Below, in pieces: positions 9,149 through 16,248 of a stretch of DNA of 64,000 bases; the stretch's first letter is position 1, and each line of letters opens with the position of its first letter. Both the position numbers and the translations under genes were made by a program. The DNA lies in the IMG/VR virus record IMGVR_UViG_3300034072_000926, positions 310,001 through 374,000 of that record; one strand, given 5' to 3'. The notes under the pieces were generated by a model. It was not told the DNA's origin, did no database searches, and saw only the letters and a program-made list of their open reading frames with translations.

Positions 9149-9385
9149 GTGGAAAGTGATTTGTTTTCTCCTTTATTCGATGAGCGTCCTTATCGAGTAA
9201 CTTTGCCTCAGGTCATCCACGCTCATCAGCATTATCAGGTTCGACTTTTTCTACTCGATCTCAAGTGGGAAGAATATCAGGACTGGATGATCTGTCCCTA
9301 TACCTATACGGTTGCAGGACAATATGAGGTGTGGTTTAAAGATATTGGCAAAGCCACCTACTTTAAGCTATCCTTTGTCCTATGA
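9149..9385 (+). CDS. FKLxW-motif array protein
   Basis: FKDIGKATYFKLSFVL. Confidence 0.75.
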   Translation: MESDLFSPLFDERPYRVTLPQVIHAHQHYQVRLFLLDLKWEEYQDWMICPYTYTVAGQYEVWFKDIGKATYFKLSFVL

Positions 9386-9609
9386 CACACATGATAAGCT
9401 ATCCTTTGATCTGTGATAATGACATGGACTTCTGTGTCGAGTCATATAATCTCAAGAACGAAATAGCAGCCCACTTCGAAGTGCCTGCTCGTTTTGAGAC
9501 TGAGCATTATGTGATCAAGTGCGGAAGGGAATATGACAAGTTCTACTTCGACGTTTATTTCCCAGATAAGGAAAAGGCTCTCATGTTCAAATTGGCATTT
9601 ATCCGATGA
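9382..9609 (+). CDS. FKLxW-motif array protein
   Basis: FPDKEKALMFKLAFIR; ATGA overlap. Confidence 0.8.
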   Translation: MTHMISYPLICDNDMDFCVESYNLKNEIAAHFEVPARFETEHYVIKCGREYDKFYFDVYFPDKEKALMFKLAFIR

Positions 9610-9851
9610 AGACCGTTCGCATCTCTTATAACTATGAACCGCCTGAACATGACGATTTATTCGTCAGGGCACATCTTGTTGAACAAGCAGACAAGAAGAT
9701 CAGGATCATTACGAGGACGTTCGAGACGTTCACGGAAATGAAGCTAGACCCCGATAGTTACGAGGTCAGACTCGGGGACGAGTGTTTGGAGATTACCTTC
9801 ACCAAGCTCTCTGATGCACTCTTGTTCAAGCTCACGTTTCGATCTGTGTAA
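9606..9851 (+). CDS. FKLxW-motif array protein (last of plus arm)
   Basis: FTKLSDALLFKLTFRSV; ATGA overlap. Confidence 0.8.
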   Translation: MKTVRISYNYEPPEHDDLFVRAHLVEQADKKIRIITRTFETFTEMKLDPDSYEVRLGDECLEITFTKLSDALLFKLTFRSV

Positions 9852-10133
9852 CATCCAATATCGAGATTCATATTGGGCAACGAGTTCTTCTCGTTCAAGC
9901 GTGTCGAAGGCACGAATCAAGAGATCATGAAAGCAAGCCTTGAAATGAAGGGCGTATCGTCTTGGTAAGACGACGGTGTAGAACTCCTGCCCCTTACGCT
10001 CCGATTGGCTGACATGATAATCCCAACCTTGCTCCAAGCCATACATGTCAAAAATCTTCTTAATCACGACATGAAAGGTTACCCCGCGTTTCGTGAAGTT
10101 CAGGAATGATTCGTTGACTTCTATGCCGATCAA
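9744..10133 (-). CDS. FKLxW-motif array protein (divergent, extended; last of minus arm)
   Basis: YALHFKACF followed by a tail overlapping the convergent gene; TTGA overlap start. Confidence 0.6.
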   Translation of the reverse strand: MIGIEVNESFLNFTKRGVTFHVVIKKIFDMYGLEQGWDYHVSQSERKGQEFYTVVLPRRYALHFKACFHDLLIRAFDTLEREELVAQYESRYWMLHRSKRELEQECIRELGEGNLQTLVPESDLVTIGV

Positions 10134-10432
10134 TTGCCACCCCACAAGGTCTTGAAATAGACGGCGTGCTTTGGATCTCTGAACCAGAGCGTTAATGGAT
10201 ATTCATCCTCTTTGAGCATTTTGTCAAAGTCAATGGCCCAACCCCATGGATCTCCACTCTCGATGAAATCCTCATGGGTATTGTCAGACGACCACCAACG
10301 ACATTCATCATCCTCGGGCAATATGCCAGCGATCTTGATAAGATGTTCTCGAGCGTCTGGACGAAGCTCTATGACTGAACCCCAGATTGCCACCTTACCG
10401 GGTCGGAGTGAGAAACTATAGATCATCACCAT
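10130..10432 (-). CDS. FKLxW-motif array protein
   Basis: FRDPKHAVYFKTLWGGN. Confidence 0.8.
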   Translation of the reverse strand: MVMIYSFSLRPGKVAIWGSVIELRPDAREHLIKIAGILPEDDECRWWSSDNTHEDFIESGDPWGWAIDFDKMLKEDEYPLTLWFRDPKHAVYFKTLWGGN

Positions 10433-10803
10433 GTCAATTTGAAATGAACTGCCTCCATCTTGTTCAGGAAACCAACGAACCAGCCAAGCTCGTCATTCTG
10501 TTGATCACGATAGAACGCATACTGGTAGCCGTTTGCTGTAATCCAGTCGTGGATTGGACGAATCAGGCGATAGTTCAATCCACCCGCTTTGAAGGTAACA
10601 TAGTCCTTTTCTACTACCTGTGATAATCCATCTTTGATCCAAGGAACCATTTCGATATTCAGAGGTTCAGGTGGCATACTGCTACGTCGAATAAGACTGA
10701 TATGGTCGTCAAAATTGGCAACTTTTACCCAATAGATCACAGGGAAACGACAGCCGATCCCGTCTTTTGTCTTATAGGTAATTGGAGCCGTGATATCTTT
10801 CAT
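10426..10803 (-). CDS. FKLxW-motif array protein
   Basis: FLNKMEAVHFKLTW; start moved to ATG 10803, 7 nt after a -10 box. Confidence 0.75.
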   Translation of the reverse strand: MKDITAPITYKTKDGIGCRFPVIYWVKVANFDDHISLIRRSSMPPEPLNIEMVPWIKDGLSQVVEKDYVTFKAGGLNYRLIRPIHDWITANGYQYAFYRDQQNDELGWFVGFLNKMEAVHFKLTW

Positions 10804-10809
10804 ACCACA

Positions 10810-10837
10810 TTCATACGACCTTTTACCCAAATGTCAA
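10810..10837 (-). promoter_or_regulatory. Sigma70-type promoter built on an orphan KLT codon run
   Basis: TTGAC-N17-TATGAA. Confidence 0.55.
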
Positions 10838-10855
10838 CTTGAATAGCATCCCATT

Positions 10856-11101
10856 CTAGAGCCATGCTAGGACAAACCGCATAGAATCAATCCTGTTATG
10901 GATCCTAAGAAAGGTGTATTGACCACATCGTTCACTTAATTGGTATTGGACGCCATTTTCCTCAAACCAATGTTGTAGAGGCGGAGACAATAATATCTCA
11001 TCTGGACCGAAGGCATTGAAGGGATGATTTCTAGGCCGTCTCATAAGTTCTGGGGCACCAAAGCCCCAGATGGGCAATTTTACACTAACACCTAGAGCCA
11101 T
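10856..11101 (-). CDS. FKLxW-motif array protein
   Basis: IHNRIDSMRFVLAWL. Confidence 0.75.
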   Translation of the reverse strand: MALGVSVKLPIWGFGAPELMRRPRNHPFNAFGPDEILLSPPLQHWFEENGVQYQLSERCGQYTFLRIHNRIDSMRFVLAWL

Positions 11102-11373
11102 GATAGTTTGAACAACATAGCGGCATTTGCATCATCCTTATGGAATGCAATACCTGGAACAATACTGTAGCGATTAGGACGATAGTCCAAAATCTCGACG
11201 AAACTAGGTTCAGGTTCGAAGTTGCTCATTCGCAATTGGTTTTGATCGAACCATTCGACTCCCTCTGCGGAAATCCACATAGGCTGGGATGGATCCCAAA
11301 ACGCATGACCCCATGGCAGAGGTATGAAATATGTCTGCATACGTTCTATATAGTAGATTCGGTAGTCAGCCAT
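11092..11373 (-). CDS. FKLxW-motif array protein
   Basis: DANAAMLFKLSWL. Confidence 0.8.
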   Translation of the reverse strand: MADYRIYYIERMQTYFIPLPWGHAFWDPSQPMWISAEGVEWFDQNQLRMSNFEPEPSFVEILDYRPNRYSIVPGIAFHKDDANAAMLFKLSWL

Positions 11374-11680
11374 ATTTCAACTTCAAGAGAGTGGCTTCTG
11401 AATGATCCGAGAAGAAGAAAGCCAATCCACTTACCCTACTAGGTTTGCCATCGCCCCATACCCAATCATAGTAGGGTTCAATGCGAATCAGACTCTTGTA
11501 GGCTATGATCTCTTTGGAGAACTCATCATTGGGCCATACCTCACCAATATGTCGTCCACCTGTTATAATAGATTCGAATCCCATTCTCGATTTCTGGACG
11601 ATTTGCTTTGGCCGAAGATAGAGGTGTTCAAAGACCTCGCTACTTCGAGGTATCTTGACTTCGTATTCCATCACTTCCAC
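11366..11680 (-). CDS. FKLxW-motif array protein
   Basis: FSDHSEATLLKLKYG. Confidence 0.75.
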   Translation of the reverse strand: MEVMEYEVKIPRSSEVFEHLYLRPKQIVQKSRMGFESIITGGRHIGEVWPNDEFSKEIIAYKSLIRIEPYYDWVWGDGKPSRVSGLAFFFSDHSEATLLKLKYG

Positions 11681-12033
11681 GCGAGCTTGAACCGGAGAGC
11701 ATCATCCATGTCAGTGAAGCGGAACTGAACACCTAGGGCACGATAGGGTTTCAGTTCTTCCGGATTCTCTAGAGTGAGATTACCAGGAATGAAAGCCTTC
11801 TCATCGCGATACTTGGGCCAGAGAAAATCGAAGCCATATTTGCCACGACAGTTATCAACTAGCCAAGAGGCCATCTCTGGGGAGATTGCCCAGAGCGCTT
11901 CGCCCCTAATACGGAAGAGAATACTTTCTGCACCTTTACCAGCATCCCGACGAGTAAAGGGACCATCCTTGAATTCAAGGTTCACTCGAATCAAGCTAGG
12001 CGCAACCTCTTCCTTTTTCTTTCGCCACCACAT
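11671..12033 (-). CDS. FKLxW-motif array protein
   Basis: FTDMDDALRFKLAWK; AAGAGG RBS. Confidence 0.8.
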   Translation of the reverse strand: MWWRKKKEEVAPSLIRVNLEFKDGPFTRRDAGKGAESILFRIRGEALWAISPEMASWLVDNCRGKYGFDFLWPKYRDEKAFIPGNLTLENPEELKPYRALGVQFRFTDMDDALRFKLAWK

Positions 12034-12057
12034 ATTTGACCTCTTTTGTTACAAAAA

Positions 12058-12085
12058 TCATAACGCGGTTAACTCACAAGGTCAA
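12058..12085 (-). promoter_or_regulatory. Sigma70-type promoter
   Basis: TTGAC(contains upstream TGA stop)-N17-TTATGA. Confidence 0.55.
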
Positions 12086-12363
12086 GAATTACCGCCCCAA
12101 GTGAGCTTGAAAAGAACTGCGACCTTAGGATTCTTGATAGAAATCCTAACGATGCGCTTTGTCATGTATGTTCGAGGGATGCCCTCAACGAATGTGTCCA
12201 CATAATAGTCACGACCTAGCTTCAATTCATGGTCTTTCAACCATGAACCAACAAACTTCTCCGCAAGAGCACGTCGCTCATTTGCGGTCAATTTGTCATA
12301 CATCTGATTCATGCCATGGTCGAAGTCTCGATAAGCAACAACATCTGGTCGAACTTCTCTCAT
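12082..12363 (-). CDS. FKLxW-motif array protein
   Basis: IKNPKVAVLFKLTWGGNS; ATGA overlap. Confidence 0.8.
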   Translation of the reverse strand: MREVRPDVVAYRDFDHGMNQMYDKLTANERRALAEKFVGSWLKDHELKLGRDYYVDTFVEGIPRTYMTKRIVRISIKNPKVAVLFKLTWGGNS

Positions 12364-12587
12364 GCCCACCTCATCTTAAACAACATCGCGGACTTTCGAT
12401 CTAGGAAACGAAACGATATCTCCCACTCATCGACCGTCCGATTCAAAGTGCAGAAAGAGCGACTACAGGAGATGTTTGAATCACGCAACCAGGAAAAGAT
12501 CTCCTTCCTGACTTGGATACCGCGATTGCCTTTGTTGTCTTCCCACCAGCATCCAGCTTTAGAGAAAGGTATCATGATCTCAATCAT
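12360..12587 (-). CDS. FKLxW-motif array protein
   Basis: FLDRKSAMLFKMRWA; ATGA overlap. Confidence 0.8.
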   Translation of the reverse strand: MIEIMIPFSKAGCWWEDNKGNRGIQVRKEIFSWLRDSNISCSRSFCTLNRTVDEWEISFRFLDRKSAMLFKMRWA

Positions 12588-12877
12588 TCGCCGCCCCACG
12601 TGAGTTTGAACAACATAGCCTTATCCAAGTCCTCGATATCAACAGAGAACTTCTGAGTTTGTGGACTGTCATCCCACAGATACAAAAATCGATACTGGAT
12701 ATCATGGTCCGTCATCCATTGATGAACTTCGTCATTCAAGCCTACGATTGCGTTGATACTGTTCCATTCCTTAGACACCGGCTTGCCATTAAAGATCTGC
12801 GGGCCTCTAGGTAGAACAGGTTGATCACTGTTGAGAACAGTGAACTCGCAGATGGTATAACTGACATCGAAGATCAT
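12584..12877 (-). CDS. FKLxW-motif array protein
   Basis: IEDLDKAMLFKLTWGGE. Confidence 0.8.
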   Translation of the reverse strand: MIFDVSYTICEFTVLNSDQPVLPRGPQIFNGKPVSKEWNSINAIVGLNDEVHQWMTDHDIQYRFLYLWDDSPQTQKFSVDIEDLDKAMLFKLTWGGE

Positions 12878-13125
12878 ACGCCACCCCAGACAAGCTTGAA
12901 CATCATAGCTTCCTCTTTGGTCAAGAAAGCAACCCGAGAATGTTTGAAAGGCATGTTATCGTCTGACATTATGATCTGAGGCCCAGCAAACTGAAAACGA
13001 GCATGATCATCACCAAGCTTCTGACAGTTCTCTTTGATCCACTGCGATACCTCAGTCTTGATTGGAGATGTCGTGGTCCTTGGATATTCGCAAATGTTAC
13101 GATATGGAACTTCAACCCAGATCAT
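12874..13125 (-). CDS. FKLxW-motif array protein
   Basis: FLTKEEAMMFKLVWGGV. Confidence 0.8.
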   Translation of the reverse strand: MIWVEVPYRNICEYPRTTTSPIKTEVSQWIKENCQKLGDDHARFQFAGPQIIMSDDNMPFKHSRVAFLTKEEAMMFKLVWGGV

Positions 13126-13150
13126 TGTCCACCCCAGACAAGCTTGAACA
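12881..13150. repeat. Perfect 22-bp direct repeat at the 3' ends of two adjacent array genes
   Basis: ccaccccagacaagcttgaaca at 12881-12902 and 13129-13150. Confidence 0.9.
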
Positions 13151-13352
13151 ATAGAGCGACTTTGGGATCAGAGAGCGTCACGACACAATCTCGTCCATTA
13201 GTATGGAAATCATGATCCCATCCACTAGGAGTGGCATGGACATCGAGCCACTGATAGAGCGCACTGTTGAACACCTCAACATTTCCCCAAGGGGATTCGT
13301 TGCAGCGTTCTAGCCGATAAGCCAAACTAGCAGGGATAACCACATTGGACAT
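13122..13352 (-). CDS. FKLxW-motif array protein
   Basis: LSDPKVALLFKLVWGGQ. Confidence 0.8.
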   Translation of the reverse strand: MSNVVIPASLAYRLERCNESPWGNVEVFNSALYQWLDVHATPSGWDHDFHTNGRDCVVTLSDPKVALLFKLVWGGQ

Positions 13353-13361
13353 CTGGTTTGC

Positions 13362-13601
13362 TTAACACCACTTTATCTTAAAGTAAATGGCTTCCTTGCG
13401 AGCCGTAGAAGGAAATTCCACATAGAAGGAACCATAGACTTGACCACGCGGGAGAAGCTTTACCTTGTGGAGACCTCGACTCTTGAGCCACTCGGTGATT
13501 TCAGGAATGAAGACATACCCTTCATCTAGAAAGATGGAATGCTTCCTAAAGCTGAACATGCCAACGTCGTATGAATTAACATCAATCCTATACATCACCA
13601 C
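13362..13601 (-). CDS. FKLxW-motif array protein
   Basis: KEAIYFKIKWC. Confidence 0.75.
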   Translation of the reverse strand: MVMYRIDVNSYDVGMFSFRKHSIFLDEGYVFIPEITEWLKSRGLHKVKLLPRGQVYGSFYVEFPSTARKEAIYFKIKWC

Positions 13602-13974
13602 ACCATAAAAGTTTGAAGATCAAAGCGTCATTCTTGTTCGTGAAGGCAATCTCACGAGTAGAGGTTGCACGACGTAGAACTTCTTGGTCAATATTGGGCT
13701 GATTGTTCGTTTTGGCGACCCGAACTTCTCTGAATAGATTCTTTGTCTCTGTGCTCATGAAGATATCCTCCATGGCATGTTTGCGATTGATGACTTCATA
13801 CCATCGTCCAACACAATTAGAGTCTAACCATTCCATAAGCGACTCGGATAAAGGAAAACCGTAGACGTGTGGACGATCATTACTAGCATGCCAACGAAGC
13901 ACAATCTTTGGAAGCATTGGAGTACGATCAAATGCCTTCCGTATCCATCGGAGATCCACAAAGAACATTTCCAT
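13588..13974 (-). CDS. FKLxW-motif array protein
   Basis: FTNKNDALIFKLLWC; TAATG overlap start 13974. Confidence 0.75.
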   Translation of the reverse strand: MEMFFVDLRWIRKAFDRTPMLPKIVLRWHASNDRPHVYGFPLSESLMEWLDSNCVGRWYEVINRKHAMEDIFMSTETKNLFREVRVAKTNNQPNIDQEVLRRATSTREIAFTNKNDALIFKLLWCGDV

Positions 13975-14222
13975 TAGTGTATCCAAGCAAGAACGAAATG
14001 AATGAGACGAATCCGAGTCTTGAAACTGACATAACACCCGCCAGAGAACGGCTCATAGGAGATCAATCCCTTGAAATCATCTAACCACTCATAAGCATAG
14101 ATGGAGACCTGTTTGTCATTAAGCCAGATTCCATATGGTCGTCGGTTGATCTTATGGTCAGCCTCTATGCGACTCTTCCGCCTTACCTGCTCACGCTTGA
14201 TACCCTCTAACAAAGACGTCAT
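13974..14222 (-). CDS. FKLxW-motif array protein
   Basis: FKTRIRLIHFVLAWIH; ATGA overlap. Confidence 0.7.
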   Translation of the reverse strand: MTSLLEGIKREQVRRKSRIEADHKINRRPYGIWLNDKQVSIYAYEWLDDFKGLISYEPFSGGCYVSFKTRIRLIHFVLAWIH

Positions 14223-14500
14223 TTCCACCTCAATGCAAACTTGATCGCATCAACCCGATTCTCGAACGTATATCGAAATGCAACCAATTCACTCTTAACT
14301 GAAACCATCTGACGCCCAGATGGATGAGAACCAGCAGGAGTCTTGATTATGTTCTGATCAATACCACGAACAAAATCATAGATGTCCTCTTCCTCAAACC
14401 AATCCTGAAACATAGATATGATTGTTCGCATATCTCCACGACCTACAACAGCACGTCGTATAGTAGGCGTATCAAGGACAACAGTGTAGGTCATCACCAA
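14219..14500 (-). CDS. FKLxW-motif array protein
   Basis: FENRVDAIKFALRWK. Confidence 0.8.
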   Translation of the reverse strand: MVMTYTVVLDTPTIRRAVVGRGDMRTIISMFQDWFEEEDIYDFVRGIDQNIIKTPAGSHPSGRQMVSVKSELVAFRYTFENRVDAIKFALRWK

Positions 14501-14736
14501 TTCAACCTGAATAGTAGGGCATCCTCACGATCATCAAAACAGAATCGAACACCCATATTGATAAAACGAGCACATTTCCTATCAAAGATGGTCCAACTAT
14601 GAACAGAGTAGGCCGCCCGACTATGGTCCACTAACCATATCTCAACCTCTTTCCTCAAATGAGGAATAGGAACACCGTGGAGGACGAGTTCCTCCATGAC
14701 AGACGTATTGGTCCAGGGGATCTTAACCTCTATCAT
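14494..14736 (-). CDS. FKLxW-motif array protein
   Basis: FDDREDALLFRLNW; start moved to ATG 14736 (MIEVKIPW, like the MIEIMIPF paralogue). Confidence 0.8.
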   Translation of the reverse strand: MIEVKIPWTNTSVMEELVLHGVPIPHLRKEVEIWLVDHSRAAYSVHSWTIFDRKCARFINMGVRFCFDDREDALLFRLNW

Positions 14737-14980
14737 ACGTCCCCCACAAAAGCTTGAACAACATTGCGTGATTCCGATCCTCAAAATGAAAGGTGGTCGA
14801 TTCACGACGAACCCGCCCATAAGCATTCTGCTTATGGCAATCAGTAACCTCATATGGAAACTGACTTTCCGCTAACCATTCCCGAAGGTCAGTCCACCAC
14901 TCTCTATAGCGCATCATATACTCAGCACGACCACCAAAAGGATAAGGATTCATGACTACAACCTGGTAACTCATAACCAC
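14723..14980 (-). CDS. FKLxW-motif array protein
   Basis: FEDRNHAMLFKLLWG. Confidence 0.8.
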   Translation of the reverse strand: MVMSYQVVVMNPYPFGGRAEYMMRYREWWTDLREWLAESQFPYEVTDCHKQNAYGRVRRESTTFHFEDRNHAMLFKLLWGTYDRG

Positions 14981-15186
14981 TCCAGAGTGAACATCATTGC
15001 TTGACCACGAGACTCGAAAACAAAGAACAACACATCCTCATTTGCAGACGTCCCACTCTCCCACTTGAACACAATCCCACGGTCGAGCAACCAATCCTTT
15101 ATCGAACCCGTTCGCGCCGGACAACCCATCCGACGCGCATAAGCAGCTAAGGCTTCCATAGGTCTGACTAAGGCAACTCTATACAT
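14971..15186 (-). CDS. FKLxW-motif array protein (first of minus arm)
   Basis: FESRGQAMMFTLEWL; start uncertain (ATG 15186 or GTG 15222). Confidence 0.7.
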   Translation of the reverse strand: MYRVALVRPMEALAAYARRMGCPARTGSIKDWLLDRGIVFKWESGTSANEDVLFFVFESRGQAMMFTLEWL

Positions 15187-15189
15187 CTC

Positions 15190-15750
15190 CCCTCTATAGC
15201 GAACCCTAGACCCATATGTCACTATAGAGCAAGACTCTCCTCTTTAGAGAGTAAACCTTTGGTTAACCCTTTCCGTTAGGGTTAACGGTTAACTATGTGG
15301 TAAACCAGGTGAAGACTAACACCTGAATAATAGGTGATATTATGACACATTTTTCACCTATTTTATGAGCAGAATAGGACACAAAGACACGCAGATTTGC
15401 TGGACTTTAGGGAGACCGGAGACAAGAGAATGGAAATAATAATTCAGACAATAGACGCCGAGATTTTGGCGTTTTTCGTGCCTTTATTATAAGAGCCACT
15501 ATAGAGTTCTAGTATAGCTCTACTATATGGGTCACTATAGGAGTCTGAGTTATCTATAGTGTTCTACTCTCTTGTACGGGAGAGTGTCTTCTACTATGCT
15601 GTTGTATAGCTTTATACTGTATGGGATACTATAGAGTCCATTATGTCCAGAGAAGCCCCGGCATGACGCGAGCGTTTATATTCTGCTACTATAATTGTCA
15701 CTAAGGTCGGGGTGGTTCTCAAGCGGATTCCTCTTCGGATTATCTGGGCG
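15190..15750. repeat. Non-coding region with CTATAG repeats and several hairpins (candidate origin or other cis site)
   Basis: CTATAG at 15194, 15222, 15499, 15535, 15554, 15629; inverted repeats gttaaccct/agggttaac (15262-15286) and aataggtga/tcacctatt (15329-15362); no convincing ORF. Confidence 0.55.
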
Positions 15751-15751
15751 A

Positions 15752-16078
15752 TTACTTATGGGAAGTTGCAAGTTGCTCTATAGTGACATTCTGGGAGAAG
15801 TCTTGTTGTGCCATTTTGGCGCGGAGAGTTTGGCTCATAACTACCGATTGTGCGCGGAGGTCTTGGAGGGTTTTCTCAATAGTCTTGAGGTATTGCTGTC
15901 CAAATGCCAAGGGATTCTCGCGGAGGTAGTCTGCCACTATAGAGAGTTCCTGGACTGTAGGGCGCATAAGATCTGCCCAAGTCTCATGGCCCCTCTCGAC
16001 TGTGTTGGCATAATGAAGGACTCTGGATATTCTGAGGCGCGTCTGTGTCTCTTGATCTGCTTTTGCTTCCGGGGTCAT
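15752..16078 (-). CDS. Hypothetical protein (late)
   Basis: 108 aa; GAGGAG RBS; TAAGTA at 16102-16107. Confidence 0.65.
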   Translation of the reverse strand: MTPEAKADQETQTRLRISRVLHYANTVERGHETWADLMRPTVQELSIVADYLRENPLAFGQQYLKTIEKTLQDLRAQSVVMSQTLRAKMAQQDFSQNVTIEQLATSHK

Positions 16079-16191
16079 AACTGTTCTCCTCTAGGATGCT
16101 TTACTTAGTGGGCGCTGTCGCGCATCAAATCGTGGAGGAGGCTTTTCGGGTTTCTTTATTCTTTGGCCATTTCTCGGTTGATCAGTTGAAC

Positions 16192-16220
16192 AAAAACCCG
16201 AAGCCTCTAGTGCCTCGGGT
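16192..16220 (-). terminator. Rho-independent terminator after the fibre operon
   Basis: acccgaggc-N7-gcttcgggt followed by TTTTT on the minus strand. Confidence 0.7.
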
Positions 16221-16248
16221 CCCTGTTCTTTTAATTCTGAGGCGCGTT

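Noticed and set aside
10856-10858. Genome-wide TAG reassignment (genetic code 15)
   Set aside because: Long genes are intact in code 11, and TAG ends genes exactly at the family motif or directly before the next start (4055, 29902).
15260-15305. CtrA boxes (TTAA-N7-TTAA) at GTTAAC clusters here and at 4570-4590, 49120-49140, 60350-60365
   Set aside because: Spacings between TTAA half-sites are 3, 9, 10 or 15 nt; only one imperfect N7 match exists, which is not enough to call.
15520-15545. T7/SP6-type phage RNA polymerase promoter (CACTATAG)
   Set aside because: Only the initiation half matches, the specificity region differs between copies, and no single-subunit RNAP gene is in the window; kept only as a remark in the origin finding.
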